NCBI GenBank assembly: GCA_031269335.1
Contig: JAISZI010000095.1
Coordinates: 6,930 to 70,929 of the forward strand
DNA from: Puniceicoccales bacterium
GTDB lineage: Bacteria > Verrucomicrobiota > Verrucomicrobiia > Opitutales > UBA953
Direction: 5' to 3'
Length of the DNA: 64,000 bases
The translations under genes were made by a program, and so were the position numbers. The notes under the pieces were generated by a model that was not told the DNA's origin, ran no database searches, and saw only the letters and a list, made by a program, of their open reading frames with translations. Below, piece after piece: positions 7,903-18,380 of this stretch; position 1 is the first letter of the stretch; every line of letters begins with the position of its first letter.

Positions 7903-9921
7903 CTAATTGATCGACATCTGGGAAAAATAGCGCCGGGCGCGCCCAAGAGCCATGAGCGGGAAATAATGACGATACATGTTGTAGTTCAGCATAAAACCGC
8001 GTGCGAGTTCGCGTCCCTGCAAGAGCGCCGCAGTGTTCCCGCCAAGGCGGATACGCTCGCCAACCCCGTAGCCCGGAAAACCCGTGCCGGTGTATTCGCG
8101 CTGCTCCCATGTGTTATCTTTTTGCGTAGCAAGTAAATAATCTACACCACGGCGCACGGCTGGCTCATAGTCACGCGATTGAGTGGCAAGCAAAGCCATC
8201 AACGCCCACGCCGTTTGCGAAGGCGTGCTGGGACCGACGCCGCGCAGAGCATCGTCCATGTAAGAGCCACAGAGTTCGCCCCAGCCGCCATCGCCGTTCT
8301 GTTTCGCCACAACCCACGCGGCAGCTTTTTTGATGCGCAAGTCATTCATGTCAAAGCCCACAGCACGCAAACCGGGAAGGACAAGGGCGGTGCCGTAGAT
8401 GTAATTAACACCCCAGCGTCCAAACCACGGTCCTTCAGGCTCCTGTTCGCGCAAAAGATAGTCAACGGCACGACTCACAGCAGGATCGTCAAGCCGGCGA
8501 CCAAGCAAACCGAGTGCTTCCAACTTGTGCCCGGTAAGATCGGCACTCGGCGGATCGATGACCTCGCCGAAGTCGCAAAAAGGAATTTGGGTGAGGGCGG
8601 CGGTGTCGTTATCCTTGTCAAACGCGCCCCACCCGCCGTTGGAAGATTGCATGGCGCGCAGCCAAACCTCGGCACGCCGCACGGCGTCATCAATGCGAGC
8701 GTGAAAATGGCCGGGGGCAGACTCGCGAATTTGGAGGAGGATAGCGATGGCGACGGCGGTATCATCGAGGTCGGGATACCAAGTGTTGGCGCGCTCAAAT
8801 GCCCAACCGCCGCACGCGACACCGGGGACAAATTGCGCCCAATCGCCCTGAACAAGGATTTGTTTGCCGAGGACGTATTCGAGGGCGCTTTCTAAAGGGG
8901 GAAAAGTCTGGCAGGTCTCGCCGCAGTCGAGCACGGCTTGAATGGCAAGCATGGTGTCCCAGACCGGCGACTCGCTGGCTTGGACGTGGATGGCTCCGTC
9001 GCGCTCGTAAGTCCAATGCTTGTCCCACGCAGAGAGACCAGCGGCGATAACGGGGTGATCGGCGCGGTAACCTTCGACATGAAGGGCAATAAGAGCATAC
9101 ACCCACGGCGGCTGAATACCGCCCCACGCACCATCGCCGTCTTGGTGTTTAAGCACCCATTCGAGAACAAGTTTTACAGAAAGCTCGCGGGCAGGCTGCC
9201 AAGGGAGCAGTCGCCAAAAATGGAGGAACTTGTCGGCTGCGCGGAAAAATGAAGACCAGAACCCCGTGAGAGCCTTTTGCGGAAAGGTGTAGTCAAACAC
9301 CGCCCGCCCACCGGGGAAAAGCTCGTCAATGCGCCGTTCCGGCGGAGCGGGAAAAACGGGGCGACGGGCGGAAACAATGCTCATAGGAAGAAAGGTGGCG
9401 CGTGCCCAACTCGCGAACCTGTAGATGTTAAAGGGTGCCCATTTAGGGACAAAAATGACTTCCGGCGGGATGACAGGAAGCGATTCCCACGGCCACTCTC
9501 CCACACAGGCGAGCCAGAAACGCGTGAAAAGACGGATTTTGGCAAGCCCGCCGTTTCGGAGAATCCATTCACGCGCGCGCCGCAGCGGCTCCCCGTCGGG
9601 CGGATGCCCAGCAAGGCGCAGTGCCGCGTAACATTCGACCGTGGTGTTGATGTCGCCAAGCGGCGCATCGTGATAGACGTCCCACGACCCATCGGGGCGC
9701 TGTTTCTGTAAAATTGCACGGAGGATGCCCTCATACTTGCTATCGTCCGTGCGCCCAAGGATATGCATCGCCATCACCCATTGCGCCTCCATGCAACAAT
9801 TAGATTCGAGCATACCGTTCCAATACCCGTCCGAGTACTGATTCTGCGTGAGCCAGTCCAGCGCATTGCGAATTCCCCGATCAAGTGCCAGTGCCGTTTT
9901 CATGCCCGAAAAAAATGACAA
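7903..9921 (-). CDS. shc: squalene-hopene cyclase
   Basis: The 672-aa ORF has the catalytic DxDDTA motif (YPDLDDTAVAI) and multiple QW repeats (QxxDGSW, QNGDGGWG, QSSNGGWGAF). Confidence 0.95.
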   Translation of the reverse strand: MSFFSGMKTALALDRGIRNALDWLTQNQYSDGYWNGMLESNCCMEAQWVMAMHILGRTDDSKYEGILRAILQKQRPDGSWDVYHDAPLGDINTTVECYAALRLAGHPPDGEPLRRAREWILRNGGLAKIRLFTRFWLACVGEWPWESLPVIPPEVIFVPKWAPFNIYRFASWARATFLPMSIVSARRPVFPAPPERRIDELFPGGRAVFDYTFPQKALTGFWSSFFRAADKFLHFWRLLPWQPARELSVKLVLEWVLKHQDGDGAWGGIQPPWVYALIALHVEGYRADHPVIAAGLSAWDKHWTYERDGAIHVQASESPVWDTMLAIQAVLDCGETCQTFPPLESALEYVLGKQILVQGDWAQFVPGVACGGWAFERANTWYPDLDDTAVAIAILLQIRESAPGHFHARIDDAVRRAEVWLRAMQSSNGGWGAFDKDNDTAALTQIPFCDFGEVIDPPSADLTGHKLEALGLLGRRLDDPAVSRAVDYLLREQEPEGPWFGRWGVNYIYGTALVLPGLRAVGFDMNDLRIKKAAAWVVAKQNGDGGWGELCGSYMDDALRGVGPSTPSQTAWALMALLATQSRDYEPAVRRGVDYLLATQKDNTWEQREYTGTGFPGYGVGERIRLGGNTAALLQGRELARGFMLNYNMYRHYFPLMALGRARRYFSQMSIN

Positions 9922-10001
9922 CCACGCTTTTTTGACAACAAATCAATGCGCGCAGGGATATTCCGTCTTGTTCTCATCGCACTTCCTCTTTCTCTCGCAT
10001 C

Positions 10002-11099
10002 ATGCCTTCAAACCTTCACGCCGTAGCGGCGAACTTCAACATCCACGGCGACTATTTCTCCGCCGAACCGCACGGCGCGGGACATATTAACGACACTTAC
10101 GCCGTCACCTTCAACCAATCCGGTCGCCCAGTCCGCTACATCTTCCAACGCGTGAACCGCCATGTATTCAAAAATACATCCGCCCTCATGCGAAATATCT
10201 CCCGCGTGTGCCGCCACATGCGTGCCCGCCTCATCGAAGACGGCCTGCCCGATGCCTCCCGCCGCGCCCTCACCATCGTGCCAACCACCTCCGGCGCAGA
10301 CTGGTTCGTTGACGACACACAAAACTACTGGCGTTGCTTCCTCTTCGTCGAAGGCGCACGCGCACACGAAATCATCGAATCCCCAAGTCAAGCGTTCCAA
10401 GTCGCCGCCACCTTCGGCAACTTCACAAAACTCCTTGAAGACATCCCGAGCGGACGCCTCGAAGAAGTCATCCCCGACTTCCACAACACGCGCAAACGCT
10501 TCGAGAACTTCCAAAAATCCCTCGCCGCCGATATCCACAACCGCGCCAAAGACGCAAAAGCCGAAATCGACTTCCTCCACGCACACGAAAACGACTGCTC
10601 CGTCGTCGTCGATGCCATTGCCCGCGGGGAAATCCCAGAACGCGTCACCCACAACGACACCAAATTAAACAACATCCTCATAGACGACACCACCAAGCAG
10701 GGTCTCTGCGTAATAGACCTTGACACCTCCATGCCCGGCAGCGCCCTCTACGACTTCGGCGACATGGTGCGCACAGCCACCTCGCCAACCCTCGAAGATG
10801 AGGTCAACCTGTCCCTCGTAGTCGCCCGCCCAGAATACTTCAACGCCCTCGCCACCGGCTTCCTCTCCTCCCTCGGCACTACCTTGAACAAAACCGAAAA
10901 AGAACTCCTGCCCTTCAGCGGGAAACTCATAACACTCGAAGTCGGCATGCGCTTCCTCACGGATTACCTCGACGGCGACGTCTATTTCAAAACCAGCCGC
11001 ACAAGGCACAACCTCGACCGTTGCCGCAACCAATTCGCCCTCGTCGCCTCCATCGAAAAACAGTTCGACGCCATGAACAGCTTCGTTGCCACCCTCTAA
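10002..11099 (+). CDS. aminoglycoside-phosphotransferase-fold sugar kinase (N-acetylhexosamine 1-kinase-like)
   Basis: It has GAGHINDTYAV near the N-terminus, the catalytic loop THNDTKLNNILID, and DLDT. The family call is solid, but the substrate is only a guess from resemblance to NahK-type kinases. Confidence 0.6.
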   Translation: MPSNLHAVAANFNIHGDYFSAEPHGAGHINDTYAVTFNQSGRPVRYIFQRVNRHVFKNTSALMRNISRVCRHMRARLIEDGLPDASRRALTIVPTTSGADWFVDDTQNYWRCFLFVEGARAHEIIESPSQAFQVAATFGNFTKLLEDIPSGRLEEVIPDFHNTRKRFENFQKSLAADIHNRAKDAKAEIDFLHAHENDCSVVVDAIARGEIPERVTHNDTKLNNILIDDTTKQGLCVIDLDTSMPGSALYDFGDMVRTATSPTLEDEVNLSLVVARPEYFNALATGFLSSLGTTLNKTEKELLPFSGKLITLEVGMRFLTDYLDGDVYFKTSRTRHNLDRCRNQFALVASIEKQFDAMNSFVATL

Positions 11100-11146
11100 T
11101 CCCCCGCTTGACACTCCGGCATTTTTTCCCACACCTGCGCCCCTCT

Positions 11147-11710
11147 ATGGCCAACACGCCCGTCAACAACATCCGCAAAAAGAACATCATCCGCTACAAC
11201 GGCGACATTTGCCTCGTGCTCGAATGCAACGTGCGCACCCCCCCTAACAATGCCTCCTATTGCCAGATGGAATTGCGCTCACTCAGCTCCGGACGCCAAA
11301 TCCCCGTCCGCACAAACATCGGAGCCTCTTTTGAAACACTGGAAAACAGCCTCCACCGCCTCGAATTAAGCTACGAAACCGATATGGACTTCGTCTTCAT
11401 GAACCCTTCTTCCTTCGAGGAAACCTTTGTGCCCCGCAAATCCGTCGAAGACAGCGCGGCATTCCTCGTCCCAGGGCAAACTTACGAAATCATGTTCGTT
11501 GACAGCAAACCAGTAGCCGTGAACCTCCCCGCCGCTGTCGAAATGAAAGTTATTGACGCCCCCCCCGCCGTAAAAGGCGACACCTCCGGCAATGCCAACA
11601 AGCCCGTAAAACTCGAAACCGGTCTCACCGTGAACGTCCCCCTCTTTATCAAAGAAGGCGAGATCATCCGCATAAGCACCGAGGACAAAACCTACCTCGG
11701 GCGCGCCTAA
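11147..11710 (+). CDS. efp: translation elongation factor P
   Basis: It runs from the internal ATG of ORF 11021..11710. The 187-aa product has an EF-P-like N-terminus (NNIRKKNIIRYNGDICLVLE) and the C-terminal OB motif (ETGLTVNVPLFIKEGEIIRISTEDKTYLGRA). Confidence 0.93.
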   Translation: MANTPVNNIRKKNIIRYNGDICLVLECNVRTPPNNASYCQMELRSLSSGRQIPVRTNIGASFETLENSLHRLELSYETDMDFVFMNPSSFEETFVPRKSVEDSAAFLVPGQTYEIMFVDSKPVAVNLPAAVEMKVIDAPPAVKGDTSGNANKPVKLETGLTVNVPLFIKEGEIIRISTEDKTYLGRA

Positions 11711-13315
<1,605 letters not shown>

Positions 13316-13357
13316 AACAAATCCCCTCCCCTAATCCCCTCACCCCCAAATACAAAA

Positions 13358-13433
13358 TGGAGCCACTTGTCGGGTTCGAACCAACGACCTGCTCATTACG
13401 AATGAGCCGCTCTACCAGCTGAGCTAAAGTGGC
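13358..13433 (-). tRNA. tRNA-Thr (anticodon CGU), CCA encoded
   Basis: The reverse complement is GCCACTTTAGCTCAGCTGGTAGAGCGGCTCATTCGTAATGAGCAGGTCGTTGGTTCGAACCCGACAAGTGGCTCCA. The 7-bp acceptor stem, D arm, anticodon stem GCTCA/TGAGC with loop TTCGTAA, and GGTTCGAA T-loop are all present. Confidence 0.93.
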
Positions 13434-13536
13434 ACGCGAAACGGCGCGCACTCTGCGCAAGACCAAGTATCGCGCAAGTTTTTTCCACAACACACGCCAA
13501 TTACGGCTTTGCACTACGCAAAACCCTGTGCGAAAA

Positions 13537-14493
13537 ATGCCCCTTTCCGCCGCAATCGCCTTCATTCAACGAATGCCACAGCCAGACTTCACCACGATCC
13601 TCGCCACCGTCACCGTTCACGGCGACAAGCGCGTCTTGCTCGCCTGCGCCACGGCTGCGCTCATCGCGATGATTGTCGGCACACGACGCGGCTACTGGCG
13701 CGGTCCCATCCGCCAACTCGCCCCCACACTCGCCCTCCTCGTCGCACTTCCCGGCGCATGGCTCGGCGGCGTCGCCTTCGGACATTGGGCATTGGGAAAC
13801 ACCTTAGTCCCCTGGCTCCTGCGCGGCCCCGTCGGAATGCTACTACTCGGCTGCGTCCTCTGGCTCGCCGCACTCGCCCTCCTCTGGCACTTCGGACGCC
13901 CACGCACCGCTAATGCACTCGGCGAAACCGATAATCCCGTCCTCGGAGCCTTCGTCGGCTGCTGGACAGCTATCCTCTGGAGCGCAGCAGGATTTCTCCT
14001 CCTCGCCACAACCGGCGCCATCGCCCAATTCTGGCTCGATAACACACCGCAAACGCAAAACAGCATCGCCCGCCCAGTCCTCACCCAACTCGTCCGCATC
14101 AAAAATTCCCTCGCCCTCCTCAACCACCTCGCATGGCTACGTCACTGGAACCCGCTCCCCACCCGCATCAGCCGCACCATCGAAAAAGGAATCCGCATCC
14201 TCAACACCCCTGACGCCTTCACCCGCCTCAAAAAAATCCCAACTATCCGCGCCATCGCCACCGAGGCGACCTTCTACCCCCTCCTGCAAAACCCCGAAAT
14301 CCTCAAACTCGCCGCCAACCACGACATCGAAGCCCTCATCGCCCACCCGCTCATCCTCAAACTGCTCGCCGACGAAGCCCTCCAACAAAAACTCGCCGAT
14401 ATCGACTTCGAGAAATTGTTCGACGATGTCCTCGCCGCCGCCCCCCCACCCCCCCAACCCGCCACCCGCACCACCATCTCCCCGCCTCCGTGA
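13537..14493 (+). CDS. multi-pass membrane protein of unknown function
   Basis: The start was moved to the first ATG clear of the tRNA. It has about 5 hydrophobic helices, then a soluble helical tail and a proline-rich C-terminus. Confidence 0.6.
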   Translation: MPLSAAIAFIQRMPQPDFTTILATVTVHGDKRVLLACATAALIAMIVGTRRGYWRGPIRQLAPTLALLVALPGAWLGGVAFGHWALGNTLVPWLLRGPVGMLLLGCVLWLAALALLWHFGRPRTANALGETDNPVLGAFVGCWTAILWSAAGFLLLATTGAIAQFWLDNTPQTQNSIARPVLTQLVRIKNSLALLNHLAWLRHWNPLPTRISRTIEKGIRILNTPDAFTRLKKIPTIRAIATEATFYPLLQNPEILKLAANHDIEALIAHPLILKLLADEALQQKLADIDFEKLFDDVLAAAPPPPQPATRTTISPPP

Positions 14494-14620
14494 ACCACCC
14501 AAAACAACAAATCGCAAAAAATCACGTTTTCCAAAAAAAATCTCCTTGCAAACGCCTCCACTTCTCCCTCAATCCCGCCTTCTTCTTTTTTCACAACACG
14601 GCAATTCCTTTCTTTCACGA

Positions 14621-15571
14621 ATGAAAACTCATCTCCGAACCAGCCTCTCACTCGTCGCACTTCTCGCGGCAAGCTCGCTCGCAGCACAGGTAGTCGGCGG
14701 CAACGCGACTCCAAGCACAACACCGCCCACCACAGTAGGGCAACCCGCTACGACGGCTGGTGTAACCTCGTCAGAACCCCCTGCCGTGCTCGAGCAAGGC
14801 GGACAGAAATTCCATCGCATCTGCACCATCAAATCCATCCCAGCTAACTACGAGTTCCAATCCAACGTCCAAGTCATGCAAGCACGCCGCGACGCCCTCG
14901 CCGAACTCCACCGCCGCCAAGGACAGGCCATCACCACCCCGGAGAAGGAAGCCCTCAAATGGCAAATTGACGACGTCTTCAAACAATTTTCCGCCGACGA
15001 CCAGCAAATGCTGAAAACCTACGGATTTTCCGTCACACGCAACTATCTCATCCAAATCGTCCGGTCTCGCATCTACACCCCCATCTCCGACGAAGATTAC
15101 AACAAGCTCCCCGAGGCAGAACGCAACAAAGCCGACCACATTATTTCTCGCCCATTCACCCAGGAGAAAGACGGCAAACCCGTAACCACCAGCCGCCGCC
15201 TCGTCCACCTCACCACCATTGAAGGCGTCGCCAGCAACGAAGTCCTCCGCCAAGACGTTCAGCAATTCCAAGCCCTCAACAACCGCGCACGCCAATTAAC
15301 CCAGCTCCTCAACCAAGTAAAAGCCCCAGAAGAAAAGAAAAGAATCGCGGAAGCCCTCGAAAAAACAGACGCCGACATCCAGAAAAGCAGCGAAGAACTC
15401 CGAAAAAAACACAAATTCGACTTCGTCCCCCTCAAATGGACACTCGAAATCGACGAATGCAGCCTTTACACTCACTTCACCGACGAAGAGTTGAAAAAAG
15501 CCGAAGAAGCTACACAGAAAAAAATCGAAGAAGATAAGAAAAAAGCCGCCGCTGCACCCCCAAAACCCTAA
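14621..15571 (+). CDS. secreted protein with two Skp/OmpH-like modules (tentative family)
   Basis: It starts at MKTHLRTSLSLVALLAASSLAAQ (signal peptide) inside ORF 13913..15571. Two ~100-aa modules are each strand, long helical segment, strand (KTYGFSVTRNYLIQIVRSRIYTPISDEDYNKL and KFDFVPLKWTLEIDECSLYTHFTDEELKKA). Confidence 0.7.
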   Translation: MKTHLRTSLSLVALLAASSLAAQVVGGNATPSTTPPTTVGQPATTAGVTSSEPPAVLEQGGQKFHRICTIKSIPANYEFQSNVQVMQARRDALAELHRRQGQAITTPEKEALKWQIDDVFKQFSADDQQMLKTYGFSVTRNYLIQIVRSRIYTPISDEDYNKLPEAERNKADHIISRPFTQEKDGKPVTTSRRLVHLTTIEGVASNEVLRQDVQQFQALNNRARQLTQLLNQVKAPEEKKRIAEALEKTDADIQKSSEELRKKHKFDFVPLKWTLEIDECSLYTHFTDEELKKAEEATQKKIEEDKKKAAAAPPKP

Positions 15572-15651
15572 TTCACCAGCGCACACTGAAGTTACTCTTC
15601 AAAAAAACTCCTTTTTCTCACAAACATCCGGCAAACACACACAGCAACACC

Positions 15652-16404
15652 ATGCCAACACAAACACCCACTCCGGCTCCTGAAATCATAGAGCAGAACG
15701 GACAAACACTCGCGCTCGTCGCCACTATCAAGACGGCAACAACGAACCGCGAGTTTCAAAACAATGTCAACATTGTCCAACAACAACGTAATGTTGTCAT
15801 TGATCTCAAAAAACGTGCCGACCAAGCACTCACAATCGCTGAAAAGGAAGCACTCCAAAAACAGCTCGATGAGACGCTTAAAAGCCTCAATAATAACAAC
15901 GCGCTAATGGCGAAAACTTACGGTTTCTCGCTCCAACGCAATTACGTCCTCTTCTTCGACAAAACGCGCCTATACACGCCGCTCACAGACGAAGAATTTG
16001 GCAAAGTCTCCCCGGAGGACAAGGCAAAGCCCGACCTCATTAAAACGGTCGAAGGAAAAGTCTTCCTCTTCATCGCCTCCATCGACGGAACAGAGGCAAA
16101 CGACCTCTTCCGCCAAAATGTCCAGCTGGTTCAAAACCAACGCAATCGCCTCGTTCAGATCAAACAGACCCTCGACAAAACAACAAAAGAGGACGAAAAG
16201 ACAAAACTGAATGAAGAATTTGCCAAATCCGAAGAAGTCTTGAAAAAGAACAATGACGAGATGATAAAACTTTATGGCTTCAGCCTAATACGGAATTATC
16301 TCCTCGAAATTGAAGAATCTCGCCTTTACACCGTCCTCACAGACGAAGAGATACAGAAAGTTAAAGAAAACAAAGCCACCACCGAGGTAGCTTCGATAGC
16401 CTAA
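15652..16404 (+). CDS. paralog of the preceding gene: two Skp/OmpH-like modules, no obvious signal peptide
   Basis: The module ends KTYGFSLQRNYVLFFDKTRLYTPLTDEEFGKV and KLYGFSLIRNYLLEIEESRLYTVLTDEEIQKV align with the upstream protein. The module starts (ATIKTATTNREFQNNVNIVQQQR and ASIDGTEANDLFRQNVQLVQNQR) are also shared. Confidence 0.7.
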   Translation: MPTQTPTPAPEIIEQNGQTLALVATIKTATTNREFQNNVNIVQQQRNVVIDLKKRADQALTIAEKEALQKQLDETLKSLNNNNALMAKTYGFSLQRNYVLFFDKTRLYTPLTDEEFGKVSPEDKAKPDLIKTVEGKVFLFIASIDGTEANDLFRQNVQLVQNQRNRLVQIKQTLDKTTKEDEKTKLNEEFAKSEEVLKKNNDEMIKLYGFSLIRNYLLEIEESRLYTVLTDEEIQKVKENKATTEVASIA

Positions 16405-16745
16405 CTCTTAATTCAAAAAAGAGTCCGCTATCCATACCGTAAAACGTTTCTCCCAGCCCAGATTTCGCCCCAAAAAAGCGTGTCTGGGCTGGAGAGATGG
16501 TATGGCGTGGTGTGGCGCAGTGTAGTGTGCACAGCACAGTATAGTATAAAAATTTATCCTGCCCTATCGTGTATTTGCCCGCGATTTAACCTTAACTTCG
16601 CTCCCGTTTCATCCCCCCCCCCTTCCCTTCTTTTCTCTATCCGTAGCGTTCCAAATCTTGGTGTTTTTTCACGTCCTTCCGCTTTTTTAATGGGCGGGCA
16701 GCTTCTCCTTCTCAACGCAGACAAACATCCTGCCGTCGATGAAAT

Positions 16746-17024
16746 ATCTGGTGTGCTGACTTGTTAATATCTTTACAATTGAGTGAGAGACTTGTCGCCT
16801 GTCTTGCCGCCACCCCGCGCTATCCATTGCCAAGCTCCTCGCAGCTCAAGACCAAGCGCGCTCTGAATGCAAGCGATTGTGGCGTGCCGTTTGCCTGCAC
16901 CAGCCGCTTGAGTTCCCGCCGTTGCATTTCGTCCAGTATCGCTGGTAATGCTTTTCGTGCCATTCCAGTCATGAAAATAACCCCCGTTGCCTTGTAAAGA
17001 CATTAACAAGTCAGCACACCAGAT
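16746..17024 (-). mobile_element. MITE-like remnant of an IS630-family element: 33-bp terminal inverted repeats around 213 bp
   Basis: The left arm is atctggtgtgctgacttgttaatatctttacaa (16746-16778). The right arm ttgtaaagacattaacaagtcagcacaccagat (16992-17024) is its reverse complement with 1 mismatch. The interior encodes only a transposase N-terminal stub. Confidence 0.7.
16820..16972 (-). pseudogene. truncated IS630-like transposase N-terminal HTH fragment (50 codons)
   Basis: The translation MTGMARKALPAILDEMQRRELKRLVQANGTPQSLAFRARLVLSCEELGNG* matches the IS630/Tc1-type opening (...ELxRLVxxxxTPQxLAxRARIVLxxAEG...). The next frame continues WIARGGGKTGDKSL up to the inverted repeat. Confidence 0.6.
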
Positions 17025-17055
17025 TCGCGGTCAACATCTGCTTGTCTCGCCAGAC

Positions 17056-17111
17056 GGGAGGTCTATACAGATATTGACCCTGGGGAGGGTCAATACCTGT
17101 ATAGACCTCCC
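17056..17111. repeat. long near-perfect palindrome (26-bp arms, 4-nt loop) immediately downstream of the stop of 17127..17876
   Basis: The sequence is gggaggtctatacagatattgaccct-gggg-agggtcaatacctgtatagacctccc, with one mismatch between the arms. Confidence 0.85.
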
Positions 17112-17126
17112 GATACGCGAGAATGG

Positions 17127-17876
17127 TCAGAATTTAATTTCGATGCCCGCTTGGATGGCATGTCCTTTGTCGGGCAAATTAGGGGTAAGGGTGGATTCGA
17201 TGGGGAGCTGGGAAAAGTCGTAATTGATACGAAAAATGAGGTTGTCGAGCGGTTCCCATTCGGCGTTGAAGCCGGCGTGGAAGATGGGGAGGATTTCGTT
17301 TTTCGGTTCGCGTCCGATATCGCGCCCTTCTTTTGTCTGGCGCAAGACGCCGGTGCCGGCGGTGATATTGGGGCGGAATCGACCTTCTTGAAAGGTGCTG
17401 ATAGGGTAGAGGATAGAGAGTGTGATGGGGGAAAGTGTGGTGAGGGCGGCTTGGTTACTTTTGCGGGGGAGAAAGGAGGAGGGGGTCTGCAATTCCCAGT
17501 CCCAAGATGGCGGGGATTCTGGCGGTGGCGCGGTATATCCGAGCGTGATGTCGGCGGGATTCAAAGGAGACAGGGCGGCGTGGTCGGAAGTGTTTTCTGT
17601 TTGTCTGGGGAATAAAGCAGACTTCGTGGTCCGGAAAGTGGGGCGTGGTGCGGTGTAATAAGGTGCGGTGTAGTGGTAGGTGGATTTGTAATAGGGCGGA
17701 AGTGTGTTGGTGATGAGTTCGGCGGACAGTCGAAAAAACGCCGGTGCGGGCACAGAAGCGGGCACGGCAGCTACGGGCTGGGAGGTGTTTGCGGCTATGC
17801 AAGCTACTGCGAAAGAAAGAAGCGCAGCAGGGCAAGCAAGCCACGTTGCGTAATTATGTTTCCGGTTCCTGTGCAT
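17127..17876 (-). CDS. hypothetical exported protein, possibly an outer-membrane beta-barrel
   Basis: It has an N-terminal hydrophobic signal-like segment (WLACPAALLSFAVACIAA). The C-terminal half has alternating-polarity strands and a terminal ...AGIEIKF (aromatic last residue). Confidence 0.5.
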   Translation of the reverse strand: MHRNRKHNYATWLACPAALLSFAVACIAANTSQPVAAVPASVPAPAFFRLSAELITNTLPPYYKSTYHYTAPYYTAPRPTFRTTKSALFPRQTENTSDHAALSPLNPADITLGYTAPPPESPPSWDWELQTPSSFLPRKSNQAALTTLSPITLSILYPISTFQEGRFRPNITAGTGVLRQTKEGRDIGREPKNEILPIFHAGFNAEWEPLDNLIFRINYDFSQLPIESTLTPNLPDKGHAIQAGIEIKF

Positions 17877-17897
17877 GACGAGAGCAGCAGGAGGATT

Positions 17898-18362
17898 TCA
17901 GGTGATTCGTCCTTCGTCAAAATCTATCATGTCGGCAAAGGAGAGGAGGTCGTCGCGGTGGGAGATGCCCATTCGTTTTTTGGCGTCGGTGAGGGCGGCG
18001 CGTCCCATTTCGCTCATGCCCCGTTGGACGAGTTCGCGGTTCCATTTTGCGGTTTGTGTGTCGGCGGGGAAAAGGGCGAGGAGGCGTTTGTCAAGGGCGG
18101 CGGTGTCGGAACCGGATTCGCGGACGGCTGCGATGATGGTGTTTGGTTCGACGCCGAGGTGGAGGCAGAGGAATCCGTCGAAGCCTTTTGTGAAGTTTCT
18201 CTGATAGGAGACTGGGAGTGTGTTTTCGAGGTGTTTGCGGATTTTTGCGATGAAGCGTGGGAGGTGTAGCAGTCCGGTCGCGGGGTGAGGGATGTAGGGA
18301 GAGGGAAGATCGTAGCAGACTTCACCCGTGGCGGTTGTGGCGGATGTCGTTGTTTTTGGCAT
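17898..18362 (-). CDS. DUF5069 domain protein
   Basis: The pattern LPSPY...GLLHLPRFIAKIRKH...Y..NFTKGFDGFLCLHLGV...FADMIDFDEGR matches my recollection of the DUF5069 family layout. Confidence 0.65.
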   Translation of the reverse strand: MPKTTTSATTATGEVCYDLPSPYIPHPATGLLHLPRFIAKIRKHLENTLPVSYQRNFTKGFDGFLCLHLGVEPNTIIAAVRESGSDTAALDKRLLALFPADTQTAKWNRELVQRGMSEMGRAALTDAKKRMGISHRDDLLSFADMIDFDEGRIT

Positions 18363-18380
18363 GGTTAGATTCGTTGTGTA

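Noticed and set aside
13913-14620. A long N-terminal extension of ORF 13913..15571 (Pro/Ser/Thr-rich, 236 aa).
   Set aside because: It overlaps the well-formed membrane-protein ORF 13537..14493 in another frame and is low-complexity. A clean signal peptide starts at the internal ATG 14621.
16614-16622. An intergenic poly-C9 tract, considered as a phase-variation switch.
   Set aside because: It lies downstream of a stop codon and is not within or just upstream of any credible gene start. There is no promoter spacer context that I can identify.
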